Shown one piece after another: positions 25,889-35,043 of a DNA stretch of 58,528 nucleotides. A model generated the notes under the pieces. The model was not told where the DNA came from and ran no database searches. It was given only the letters and a program-made list of their open reading frames with translations. Within the stretch, counting starts at the first letter, position 1. Every line of letters begins with the position of its first letter. Origin of the DNA: Myxococcota bacterium (GTDB lineage Bacteria > Myxococcota > JACRCW01); assembly GCA_040752415.1 (NCBI GenBank), contig JBFMGU010000029.1, forward strand, positions 1 to 58,528. The letters run 5' to 3'. A program made the position numbers and the translations under genes.

Positions 25889-28099
25889 TCAGGCGGCGCT
25901 GCGCTGACGCACCGTGCGGGAGATGTGACAGAACAGCTGCGGCGACTTCTCGACGATGCGCTTGAAGTCCTTCCCGCGGATGGCCAGCAACTCGCACTCA
26001 TCCAGCGTCACAATGGAGGCGTTGCGCGGCTGGTCGAGGAACGGCGCGGTCTCCCCAATCAGCGTGCCCGGCTCGACGATGACGGGCGCCCCGTTCACCA
26101 GCAGCGGGCTCTGGCCCTTGTAGACCTGCACGCGTCCCTGCACGAGGATGAACACGGTGTTGCTCGTCGAGCTTTCCCGGATGAGCGTGGCTCCGGGCTC
26201 CACGGTGCGCGTCACCGCGTGTTGCGCCAGCTGGTTCTTGATGCTGCTGGATGCGCCCGCCAGCATGGGAATCCCGTCGATGGCGCGGCGCTTGTTCCAC
26301 AGCTCGGGGAGTGAGACGGGGAGCCGCGCGTCGGTGGAGAAGCGGGTGAACTCCTCGCCGGGGATGCGCACCAGGCGCGTGGGGGTCACCGCCATCACCG
26401 TGGCGGCGCGGGTGGTGCTGCTGACGCCGGCGCGCTCACCGAAGACCTCGCCCGCGTCCACGCGGCCCACCTCCACACCCTTGCCCTCGCGCTCCACCAC
26501 CACGGAGAGCTCCCCGGTGATGGCCACGTAGAGGTCGCGGCTCTCGTCGCCCTGGCGCACCACGATCTGCCCGGTGTTCACCGACGTCACCGTGGCCGCG
26601 TCCAGCATCACGTTGATGCCGTCAGCGTCGGCGTTGGGGAACGCCTGGCTGAGCGCGCGCTGGGCAATGCCCCGCTCCAGGGCGCTGGGACGCGCCTGGT
26701 CGGCAATCAGCGTGTAGCGGAAGCCGGCGCGGGCCAGCGTGTGGCGGTGGCGCTCCTCATCCTTGAGCTTGCCGGTGTGGAAGTAGACAACCTGCGCGCG
26801 GCTGTCCTTGAAGTCCGCGGTGGAACCATGGATGGCGCCTTCGCCCGCGTCGGCCAGGATGAGGTCCCCGTCCCAGGTGTAGAGCGAGAGGAGCTGCGCG
26901 TGGCGCTCCGCGGTGATGGCCCCCTTCTGCGCCGCGGCGTCAATGTGCGCGCGCGAGTCGCTGTCGCCGGTGATGAGGATGCGCTTGCGACCATCCGGCC
27001 CGCACACGCTCAGCTCCACGCCGCTGCACGGGATGGAGTGCATGGTGTGGTGGAACTTCATGTTCAGGCCCAGGTGCGCGTACTCGCGGCCGGTCTCCAC
27101 CACCACGACGTCAAACGTGTCATCCAGCAGCGTGGCGGGATTGCTGACGTGCGGATTGAGGATGGCCAGCTTGCGCCGCATGATGGCCGCGTTCTCCCGC
27201 GTGATGAACAGCTTGAGGCGCTGGCGGGTCTCCAGCAGCGCGCTCAGGCCCACCGCGTGATCCTCGTGCGCGTGGGTGATGATGAGCGCGGAGAGCTGGT
27301 TGAGGCCCACGCCGGCGTGGCGCAGCGTGGTGCGGATGTAGGGCCCCGCGTCGACGAGGAGGAAGCGCCCGTTGGCCTGCACCACCATGTTGCTGCACGC
27401 GCCACCGACGTCAAACCCGTTGCTGGCGCCGAGCATGATGAGCTCAAAGGGTTGCGGCAGCACCGGCGTGGTGGCCGGCGGGATGTTGGCCGCGTAGGTG
27501 GGGAGCTGGCCCTCGGGCGCCTCCAGGTGGAACTCCTCCACGCGGTCCTGCGCGGTGAAGAAGGACCAGGTGTTGTGGCCGTGCGCGCGGATGGTGAGCG
27601 GACCGCACTGCGCCACGCCCTCGTCGTTGAAGAAGATGGGCTCCAGGAAGTCCTCCACCTGGGCCACGGTGCCGTCGGCGCGCTTGAGCGCCAGGTAGTC
27701 CGACTCCCGCGCGAGCATCTCCGCCACCGCCGGGTCCACGTCCTCGGCACGCATCTCCTCGCGCGTGAGTCCCAGCAGCGTGAGGCGCAGGTAGCTCACC
27801 ACGTCGGGCCAGGCGTCCTTGCGGACCACCACGGGAATCTTCTCCCGACGAGAGAACGTGCCGCGGATGAACAGCGCGTGGTACAGCGGGAACTCCAGCG
27901 CCCACTGCACGACGCCGTGCGCGGTGCGGACGTCGGGGATGATCCACCCGGTCACCTGCACACCCGCCTTCATCCACGCCTTGACGACCTCCTCGGGGAA
28001 GCCCACCGCGAGCTGCGTCTGGCCCGCGCGGATCACGTGCGCGCCCGGCATCACCGTCTGGATCTCGATCTTGTTCTCGCCTGCATGGGTGGGGTGCAT
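25889..28099 (-). CDS. Metallo-beta-lactamase-fold hydrolase with two C-terminal cyclic-nucleotide-binding domains
   Basis: LVDAG, THAHEDH, HTMHSIP and ITGDS; two GE(V/T)..(F/I)GE...R.A(T/S) cNMP motifs; GGGAG RBS before ATG 28099. Confidence 0.9.
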   Translation of the reverse strand: MHPTHAGENKIEIQTVMPGAHVIRAGQTQLAVGFPEEVVKAWMKAGVQVTGWIIPDVRTAHGVVQWALEFPLYHALFIRGTFSRREKIPVVVRKDAWPDVVSYLRLTLLGLTREEMRAEDVDPAVAEMLARESDYLALKRADGTVAQVEDFLEPIFFNDEGVAQCGPLTIRAHGHNTWSFFTAQDRVEEFHLEAPEGQLPTYAANIPPATTPVLPQPFELIMLGASNGFDVGGACSNMVVQANGRFLLVDAGPYIRTTLRHAGVGLNQLSALIITHAHEDHAVGLSALLETRQRLKLFITRENAAIMRRKLAILNPHVSNPATLLDDTFDVVVVETGREYAHLGLNMKFHHTMHSIPCSGVELSVCGPDGRKRILITGDSDSRAHIDAAAQKGAITAERHAQLLSLYTWDGDLILADAGEGAIHGSTADFKDSRAQVVYFHTGKLKDEERHRHTLARAGFRYTLIADQARPSALERGIAQRALSQAFPNADADGINVMLDAATVTSVNTGQIVVRQGDESRDLYVAITGELSVVVEREGKGVEVGRVDAGEVFGERAGVSSTTRAATVMAVTPTRLVRIPGEEFTRFSTDARLPVSLPELWNKRRAIDGIPMLAGASSSIKNQLAQHAVTRTVEPGATLIRESSTSNTVFILVQGRVQVYKGQSPLLVNGAPVIVEPGTLIGETAPFLDQPRNASIVTLDECELLAIRGKDFKRIVEKSPQLFCHISRTVRQRSAA

Positions 28100-28148
28100 G
28101 GTTTTGCTCCCTCTTTGGGCGGGCCCATCTGCCCGCACCCACGCTCAT

Positions 28149-28165
28149 AGCCAGGCGCGTGCCAA
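28149..28165 (-). promoter_or_regulatory. Putative sigma54 (-24/-12) promoter of the MBL-cNMP/E2/JAB/E1 operon
   Basis: Minus strand TTGGCACGCGCCTGGCT: GG-N10-GC with a perfect TGGCACG -24 box, ~50 bp upstream of the ATG. Confidence 0.65.
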
Positions 28166-28237
28166 GAGCGCGGAGCGCAAATCACCGCGGAAGGACGCGG
28201 AGTTCTGCGGCGGGTGCCAAGGTGGAGCGGATGTGGG

Positions 28238-28283
28238 TGCGCCGGTTTGGTGCAACAAGATGGTGCTGCACCGGATTGGTGCA
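28238..28283. promoter_or_regulatory. Two NtrC-type enhancer palindromes
   Basis: TGCGCCGGTTTGGTGCA (28238-28254) and TGCACCGGATTGGTGCA (28267-28283) match TGCACC-N5-GGTGCA. Confidence 0.65.
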
Positions 28284-28301
28284 CGGTGCTGGCGCAGCGG
28301 C

Positions 28302-30728
28302 TCAGAACACGTCGAGGTTCACCGTGGCAACGCCGCTGCTCAGCGACCCATCCGAGACATGGAAGGTGAACTGGTCCGGCCCGGTGTAACCGGCATTGGA
28401 GGTGTAGGTCACCAGCGTGTTGTTGTCGGTGACGTTGGTGAGCGTGCCGTTGGCCGGCGCCTGGTCGATGATGAGCGTCAGCGCGCTCCCCTCCACGTCG
28501 GAGAAGGTGAGGGTGATGTTGGTGGCCACGCCGCTCGCTGCGCTGGCGGAGGTGTTGGAAGCCTGCGGCGCGTCGTTGATGGCGGTGATTGTCACCAGCA
28601 CCAGCCCGGTGCTCGTGGCGCCCAGGGTGTCCTGCGCGGTGTAGATGAATACGTCCGTGCCCGTCTGGTTGGCGTCGGGAGCGTACCAGACCTTTTGGTC
28701 CTGCACGGACGCGGTGCCGTTGTTGGGCGGCATGACCGAAATCAGGCTGAAGGAGTTGCCCTCCACGTCGAAGTCGTTGGCCAGCACGTCAATCAGCACG
28801 CCCGTGTCCTCCGCCGTGGTGACGTTGTCCAGGCGTGTGGTCGGTGCGTCGTTCACCGGCGTGATGGCGACCTGCACGCTGCGCGTGGTGGTGCCGCTGA
28901 TGCCGTCGCCCACCACGTAGGTGAACGTGTCCTCACCGCTGACGTCGCGCTGCGGGTCGTATTGCACCGCCGCTCCGTCGTTCACGATGGTGACCGTGCC
29001 CCGGCTCCCGGCGGTGACGCCCACCACCCGCAGCACGTCGCCGTCGGGGTCGGAGTCATTGGCCAGCACCGTGATCGTCCGGGTCTCGTCCTCGTCGATG
29101 GTCACGCTGTCGTCGGCGCCCACCGGCGGGGAGCCCACGCGCGGGAGGTCGGCGCTCTCCGGGACGCCGAAGGAGACCCAGTCCGCCGTCATGCTGCGGT
29201 ACTCCGCCACCAGCCACGCCTCGCTGCGCGCCACGTTGGAGACGCGGACCTCATCCAGCAGGCCCACCATGGCGTCGCCACTCTCGTCCTCCTCCATGCC
29301 GAAGGCGCTGCAGGGGGAGTCGGTGTTGCCGGTGGCGGCGGAGGTGAAGGTGCCGGAGATGGTCGGGGGATACGCCACACCGTCAATGACCAGGGAGAAG
29401 GTGGAGTCGCTGTAGTGGATGGACCCGCTGAGGTGGTGCCACTGCCCGAGGGTGAGCGCCACGTCGGCCTCCCCGGTGGTGAGCGTTGCGCCACCGTTGC
29501 CCGCCCGGCCGCCCAGTTGCGGTTTCCCCTGGCTGCTCACGCGCATGTTCGCGCGAGAGCTCTCCGAGCAATCACTGCCGACGCCGATGGAGATGATGTT
29601 CACGTACCAGGAGGACGGAAGGTCATCCAGGCGGACCCACGCCGAGAGCGCCGCGTGGGAGGTTGCCCGCAGGAGCGGCACGTCGTCGGGGAGCTGGATG
29701 ACGTCGTTGTCGTCATCGTACACCACGCCGTTGCCCAGGCGCCCGGGAGCGGTGGTGACGCCGTCGTAGTCACCGTCGAGGTGCGAAGCGGTGGAATCCG
29801 TGGGCCCGCCCGCCAGGTGCCACACGCCCTGGTAGCCCTGCGCCCACACCGTCGTCGGAGAGGAGCGGTCGCTGCCGCCGGGGTTGCCCCAGTAGAGCCA
29901 GAGGTGGTTGTCCACGGAGAACGCCGCCAGGCGCGGAAGGCGCACCCAGACCAGCGAGGTTCCCGTCGGGGACCAGGTCTCGATCTCGTAGGGCAGGGGA
30001 CCGTTTCCGTCGGCGTCCACGAAGCGGAGGTCACCCCCGGAAGGAGCCATCGACGTCAGGTCGAGCGCCGCGGCTTCCAGGCGGATGAGCACCGGGAAGT
30101 CCACCAGGTCCTCGGTCCCGTCGGGGTTGGCAACCTGGATGAGCATCCGGCGCGACCAGTTGGGATGCCACCACGGCGTTCCCGCGTCGCCACCGCCGGC
30201 GTCGGGGGTCGCCGCGTCCGCGCTGCCCGCGTCGAGCACCACGCCGCCATCCGCACCGCTGCCCCCACTGGAAGTGGAGCTTGCGCCCGAGGAGGAGGAC
30301 GCCGAGCTGGAGGAGGAACTGCTGGAGGAGGAACTGCTGGAGGATGTGCTCCCCGACGAGGAAGTGGAGCCCGCGGTGCTCACGGACGACGTGGAGTCCG
30401 CGCCCGACGACGACGCCGAGGACGTGCCGGAGGCGGACGCGGAGGAGCTGCTGGAGTTGGCGCTGGCCGACGACGCGCTGGATGACAGCGACGAAGAGAC
30501 AATCACCTGCCCACCGCTGGAGCTGCCCGCGGGCCGTTCATCCCTGGCGCAACGCCCCTCGTCGCAGATGTTGCCCTGGGCACAATCCGCGTCGCTGTTG
30601 CAGGCGCTGACGCACTGGTTTCCGTCGCGGTACTGGCCTTCTCCGCATTCCAGGCATCCCTGGAGCAGGGCCGGAAGGCACGCGGCCGACAACAACAGGG
30701 TGATGCGCGCGAGCTGTCTGCGTGGCAT
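28302..30728 (-). CDS. Secreted/lipoprotein: Cys-rich N-terminus, poly-Ser linker, DUF2341, LamG/ConA-like domain, three Ig-like (cadherin-like/Big_9) repeats
   Basis: WWHPNWSRR...DFPVLIRL...DLRFVD...LPYEIETW (DUF2341); WHHL...LDEVRVSNVARS (LamG); VLANDSDPDGD...FTY repeats. Confidence 0.85.
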   Translation of the reverse strand: MPRRQLARITLLLSAACLPALLQGCLECGEGQYRDGNQCVSACNSDADCAQGNICDEGRCARDERPAGSSSGGQVIVSSSLSSSASSASANSSSSSASASGTSSASSSGADSTSSVSTAGSTSSSGSTSSSSSSSSSSSSSSASSSSGASSTSSGGSGADGGVVLDAGSADAATPDAGGGDAGTPWWHPNWSRRMLIQVANPDGTEDLVDFPVLIRLEAAALDLTSMAPSGGDLRFVDADGNGPLPYEIETWSPTGTSLVWVRLPRLAAFSVDNHLWLYWGNPGGSDRSSPTTVWAQGYQGVWHLAGGPTDSTASHLDGDYDGVTTAPGRLGNGVVYDDDNDVIQLPDDVPLLRATSHAALSAWVRLDDLPSSWYVNIISIGVGSDCSESSRANMRVSSQGKPQLGGRAGNGGATLTTGEADVALTLGQWHHLSGSIHYSDSTFSLVIDGVAYPPTISGTFTSAATGNTDSPCSAFGMEEDESGDAMVGLLDEVRVSNVARSEAWLVAEYRSMTADWVSFGVPESADLPRVGSPPVGADDSVTIDEDETRTITVLANDSDPDGDVLRVVGVTAGSRGTVTIVNDGAAVQYDPQRDVSGEDTFTYVVGDGISGTTTRSVQVAITPVNDAPTTRLDNVTTAEDTGVLIDVLANDFDVEGNSFSLISVMPPNNGTASVQDQKVWYAPDANQTGTDVFIYTAQDTLGATSTGLVLVTITAINDAPQASNTSASAASGVATNITLTFSDVEGSALTLIIDQAPANGTLTNVTDNNTLVTYTSNAGYTGPDQFTFHVSDGSLSSGVATVNLDVF

Positions 30729-30769
30729 GAGCACTCCAGGCCGCGGACGTTAGCACGCGAGGCCCTGCG

Positions 30770-31255
30770 TCATGCATTGGGCGCGTACGCGGCAAGCCCC
30801 TGGCAAGCACCCTGGAACATGCGATTGAAGTTGCCGCGGGCCAGCGGGCCGCCGAGCTTCAGCAGGAGCCGGGGACGCACCGCCACGGTGTAGGTGAAGC
30901 GGGTACGTCCCGGCGCGATCTCCTCGAGGAGGTAGTCCTCCGCCAGCACCTCCGCGAGTGGGACCGAGTGCGCGGTGAGGTGGAACGAGAACCGCCGTCC
31001 CGGCTCCCAGCGGAAGAAGTGCTCGTCGACGGTGAGCATGTCCAGCGTCACCACGCGCGTGGTGCCCACGCCAAAGGGCCGGGGACTGGTCCACTGCACC
31101 TTGCGGATGCCCTTGAACCAGCGCGGCCAGGACTCGCCGTCCTCGAAGATGCTGAAGATCTTCGTCGGGGTGGCGGCGATCTCGGAGCTGTTGCGGAAGA
31201 GCATGGGCGCGGCGTCGAAGATCTCCGGTCCCACGGGCTGGCAGGGGTAGCGCAT
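30770..31255 (-). CDS. SRPBCC / polyketide cyclase-dehydrase family protein
   Basis: IAATPTKIF...WPRWFKGI..V.W...GVGTTRVV...EHFFRWEPGRRFSF. Confidence 0.85.
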   Translation of the reverse strand: MRYPCQPVGPEIFDAAPMLFRNSSEIAATPTKIFSIFEDGESWPRWFKGIRKVQWTSPRPFGVGTTRVVTLDMLTVDEHFFRWEPGRRFSFHLTAHSVPLAEVLAEDYLLEEIAPGRTRFTYTVAVRPRLLLKLGGPLARGNFNRMFQGACQGLAAYAPNA

Positions 31256-31440
31256 GGGCGAGCAGCGTAGAGAGCGTGACGGAGCAAGGGCAACGGGCTG
31301 TCACCATCGGCGGGTGGCGGAGAAGCTTGAGCGTCTGCACCACTTCACCAGCGAGCACCTCCGCGTGGCTCCGGATATCCCGTGGGCGACACGCAGCGCG
31401 TTGCTCGCGTCTCCGCGCGGTCTCGCGTTAGAAGCGTGAC

Positions 31441-32247
31441 ATGTCGTCCTTCCGTGATGCTTCCGAGTGGGCCCAGACGGCCCCCGGCGTTTTCCAGGGT
31501 GTCATCGACGAGAGCTGGTACCAGGGACGGGGTGCCTTTGGTGGTCTGCTGGGGGGCGCCATCCTGCGGGGAATGATCCGCACCGTGGCGTCGGGCGCGC
31601 GCGTTCCCCGTTCCCTCACCGTGCACTATTGCGCGCCCGCGGTGGCGGGTCCCGTCGAGCTCAAGGTGCACGTGGAGCGCGCGGGCAGCAGCGTCTCGCA
31701 CGTGAGCGCACGCGTGGAGCAGCAGGGTGAGGCCGTGTGCCTGGCCACCGCCACGTTCGCGCAGTCCCGTCGTTCCAGCACGATCTACCTGGACGCGGTC
31801 ATGCCGAAGGTTGCGCCCGCGGTGGACCGTCCTTCCGTCTCCCCCGACGTGCCGGGGTTCCCGGTCTTCGCGCGCAACCACTTCGACTACCGCTTTGCCA
31901 CGGACCGGGAGCCCTACTGCCGCGCGGATGAGGCGCTGCTGCACGTGTGGATCAAACCCAGGGTTCCGCAGCGGGTGGACGCGCCCATGGCCATGGGCCT
32001 CATCGACGCGCCGCCTCCCGCCGTGCTCGCGCGCCTGGAGACCCTGCAAGCAGCCGCCACCGTCGACCTGACCACCCACTTCTTCACCGCGCTTCCGCTC
32101 GAGGATCGCGTCGTCGACGAGCATCACCTCCTGTTCGTGCGCTCGCGCCAGGCTGCGGACGGTTACACCGAGCAGCTCACCGAGCTGTGGAGCCCGTCGG
32201 GGCAACTGCTCGCGCAGTGTCGGCAGCTGGTGGCGCTGCTGGGATGA
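31441..32247 (+). CDS. Double hotdog-fold thioesterase family protein
   Basis: WYQGRGAFGGLL...SLTVHY...VERAGSS...DAPPPA...TVDLTTHF...ELWSPSGQLLAQCRQ. Confidence 0.88.
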   Translation: MSSFRDASEWAQTAPGVFQGVIDESWYQGRGAFGGLLGGAILRGMIRTVASGARVPRSLTVHYCAPAVAGPVELKVHVERAGSSVSHVSARVEQQGEAVCLATATFAQSRRSSTIYLDAVMPKVAPAVDRPSVSPDVPGFPVFARNHFDYRFATDREPYCRADEALLHVWIKPRVPQRVDAPMAMGLIDAPPPAVLARLETLQAAATVDLTTHFFTALPLEDRVVDEHHLLFVRSRQAADGYTEQLTELWSPSGQLLAQCRQLVALLG

Positions 32248-32248
32248 T

Positions 32249-33985
32249 ATGCCGGAGCGCCTGGCAAACCGTCCCGCGGGATGGAGCGACGGTGCCTTCC
32301 TGGCGCTGATCCTCGTCGTCACCTGGTGGCTCACCGGCCCCACCGCGTTGCCGGATGCCGACGCGGGCGAGTTCGTGGTGCTGGCGGCCCAGGGCGGCAT
32401 CCCGCACCCGCCGGGCTATCCGCTCCTCATGCTGCTGTTGCGCCTGGTGGCGCCGTTGCGCGCGTGGGTGCCGGTGGTGCCGCTGTTGTCGTCGGTGTCG
32501 GTGGTGGCGGTGGCGGTGGCGGCGTGGGTGATGCAGCGCGTGCTCCTGGAAATGACGGGCAGCCGCATGGGCGCGTGGCTGGCGTGTTGGACGGTTTTCC
32601 TCTCCGCACCGGTCTGGCGCGACGCCACCACCGTGGAACCCTTTGGCCTCAACCTGCTGCAGGCGGCGCTGGTCCTGCTGTGTACCTGGCGCTTCCTCGA
32701 CGACAACGCCAACCGCGCGCGTTGGGCGCTGCTGCTTGGCGTGGGGTTCGGGACCGGCGTGTGCAACCACCACAGCCTGGCCTTCCTGGCTCCCGCCACG
32801 CTGGTGATCCTGGGAATGACATCGTGGCGGAAGCGTGACGCGCGGCCGGTGGCGGCGTTTCTCGTCGGCGGCGTGCTGGGCCTGGTGCCGCTCGTCTACC
32901 TCTTCACCACGGATTCCCAGACGGCGTTGAGCTGGGGTGACACGTCCGCGCGGGGTTGGTGGTGGCGTCACCTGCTACGCGCCGACTACGGCACCTTCTC
33001 CCTCAAGCACGGCGCGGGCGGGATGCCCAGTGCGCTGCCGCTCTTCCTGCGCGGCCTTCCCGGTGCGCTCTCCGTGGGCGCCGCGGTGCTCGTGGGGTTG
33101 GGAGTGTGGCAGGCCACGCGGGCGCGGGATGGGAAGCTGCGTGGGTTCCTCGTCGTCAACGTGGTGCACCTGGTGCTGCTGTTGGGGGTGTTCATGACGC
33201 TGGCGCGGCTGGAGTCCGACGGGACGGCGCGCCTCATCATCCAGCGGTTCTTCGCGCTGCCGCTGGTGTTGCTGGCGCCGTGGATCCTGCTGGGATGGCA
33301 GGTTGTGACGGAGCGCGTCCCGGAGCGCATGGCGCACGTGGTGGCGGTAGCGTTCATGCTCATCCATGTGTCCCTCCAGTTGCCGGATGCGGAGCGGCGC
33401 AGCGAGGTCTTCAGCGACATGCACGTGGGCAACGCGCTGGGGCACCTGCCCGAAGGCGCGGTGGTGGTGACTGGCTCCGACGCGGACTATCTGGCGCTAA
33501 GCTACGGCCGCGAGGTGCTGGGCCTGGCGCCCACGACGGTCATCACCACGGTCTCGCTGTGGGACACGCCCTGGTACCGCGCGCGCGTGCGGCAACGCGT
33601 TCCCGAGCTGGGCGATGGCAGCGTGGTGACGTCGTTGCAGCCGGTGGTGGCGGTGCGCCCCGTCATGTTCACCGCTGGCGCGCTGCAGTTCCTGGGGCCC
33701 GGCGCGCCGCGCACGGTCCCGCACGGCGTCTTCCAGCGCATGCTTCGTGAAGATGAGGACGCGGATTGGGAGCGGGTGTTCCGGGACAACGTGGCGCTGT
33801 TCGAGCGCTACCGCTTCCCGGCGACGCTTGACGAGCTCACCGCCTGGGAGAGCGTGATGCTCCACGACTACTGGTGGACGTGGAAGAAGCTGTCGGACGC
33901 GCTGGCGCCGCGCGGCGACGAGAAGGCCGCGGAAGCACAGCGCATGCGCATGCTCCTGGAGCAGGGCCTCCGCCCCATGATGTAG
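32249..33985 (+). CDS. DUF2723 / TMEM260-like GT-C membrane glycosyltransferase
   Basis: DAGEFV..A..GGIPHPPGYPL, W..AT.VE, NHHS, SWGD and LRADYGTFSL; multiple TM segments. Confidence 0.85.
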   Translation: MPERLANRPAGWSDGAFLALILVVTWWLTGPTALPDADAGEFVVLAAQGGIPHPPGYPLLMLLLRLVAPLRAWVPVVPLLSSVSVVAVAVAAWVMQRVLLEMTGSRMGAWLACWTVFLSAPVWRDATTVEPFGLNLLQAALVLLCTWRFLDDNANRARWALLLGVGFGTGVCNHHSLAFLAPATLVILGMTSWRKRDARPVAAFLVGGVLGLVPLVYLFTTDSQTALSWGDTSARGWWWRHLLRADYGTFSLKHGAGGMPSALPLFLRGLPGALSVGAAVLVGLGVWQATRARDGKLRGFLVVNVVHLVLLLGVFMTLARLESDGTARLIIQRFFALPLVLLAPWILLGWQVVTERVPERMAHVVAVAFMLIHVSLQLPDAERRSEVFSDMHVGNALGHLPEGAVVVTGSDADYLALSYGREVLGLAPTTVITTVSLWDTPWYRARVRQRVPELGDGSVVTSLQPVVAVRPVMFTAGALQFLGPGAPRTVPHGVFQRMLREDEDADWERVFRDNVALFERYRFPATLDELTAWESVMLHDYWWTWKKLSDALAPRGDEKAAEAQRMRMLLEQGLRPMM

Positions 33986-34126
33986 CGTGGAGGACGTGCT
34001 GAAGGTCCGTTGCGCTGACTTCACACCGTGACGCGTTGCGAAGGCTTTGCGTGACCTCGGGGCGCTGCGCGGCATCGGTTGCGTCGCGCGGCGCGTGAGG
34101 CTCGGTTTCACGACGGGATTCCGTGC

Positions 34127-34142
34127 TGGCACGTGGCTCGCA
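34127..34142 (+). promoter_or_regulatory. Putative sigma54 promoter
   Basis: TGGCACGTGGCTCGCA, GG-N10-GC, ~30 bp before ATG 34172. Confidence 0.55.
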
Positions 34143-34171
34143 GCGTCTCCCTGCAACCGTGGAGACGACCC

Positions 34172-34960
34172 ATGAAGCCCAGCGATCCCCGCATCCGCCA
34201 TCCCCATCCCGACCTTCGTGAGGAGGCGGAAGGCCCGCCGGGCGTCGAGCGGAACCTGGGGCGCGCGCGCGTCCTGCTCATTGGTTACGACGAGACGGTC
34301 CTGCCGCAGCTGGTGAACATGTGCGGCAACGCCGGTTACGAGATCCAGATCGAGCCGCTCTGGTCGCACGCGGTGCACGCGGCCCTGGTGTCCCATCCCG
34401 ACGCCATCCTCGTGGTGGCCGCGCCCCAGGTGGACCCGGTGGAGGTGGCGCGCGCCATGATGCGGCTGGACCCGGACATGAGCGTGGTGATCCTGGATGC
34501 CAATCCCACGTTGCCGCGGGTCATGGCCGCGTGGGAGTGCGGCGTCAGCGACTACATCCAGGTTCCGCTGCCTTCGCTCCGGCTTCTGCAGGCGCGCATC
34601 GAGCGCGCGGTGTCGCGGGGCCTGGCACGCAACGGGAAGGAGGAGCCACCCACCATCCCCGTCATGGCGGAGGCGCCGGAGGCAGTCCCGTCCCCTTCGG
34701 CGCGCAGACCTGGCTCGCCCGACGACGACGAAGAGCTCCCGGGCATGCTGCCGGTGACGCTTCCCCCGCGTCGTCCGCGCGCCGTGAACAATGACGAGCT
34801 GCTGCGTTACCTCTCCACCCTGCCTCCCCACGCCGTGGACCCGCAGCTGGCCACCGCGTTGCGCGCGCTGCAGGCGGCACGGTTTCAGCAGATGCTGGAA
34901 GGAAACCCACGCGTTCCCCCCGACGGAGAAAGCGGTGAGCCGCCATGGGTCACAAGGTAG
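34172..34960 (+). CDS. Degenerate (pseudo-)receiver domain protein with Pro-rich C-terminus
   Basis: RVLLIG...PDAILVV...VVILDA...GVSDYIQVP has receiver topology without the phospho-Asp or Lys; GGAG RBS. Confidence 0.65.
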   Translation: MKPSDPRIRHPHPDLREEAEGPPGVERNLGRARVLLIGYDETVLPQLVNMCGNAGYEIQIEPLWSHAVHAALVSHPDAILVVAAPQVDPVEVARAMMRLDPDMSVVILDANPTLPRVMAAWECGVSDYIQVPLPSLRLLQARIERAVSRGLARNGKEEPPTIPVMAEAPEAVPSPSARRPGSPDDDEELPGMLPVTLPPRRPRAVNNDELLRYLSTLPPHAVDPQLATALRALQAARFQQMLEGNPRVPPDGESGEPPWVTR

Positions 34961-35043
34961 ACACGTTGCCGGGGCCAACCTGGCCCACCCGAGCGAACGC
35001 GGAGCACCCGGCCCGCGGTGACAACGACAAGGGCGCGCCCGAG

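Noticed and set aside
21335..28099. Canonical type II CBASS, Pycsar or Bil system, or a ThiF/ThiS sulfur-transfer operon
   Set aside because: No CD-NTase, cyclase, beta-grasp Ubl/ThiS with terminal GG, or thiamine/Moco genes are recognisable.
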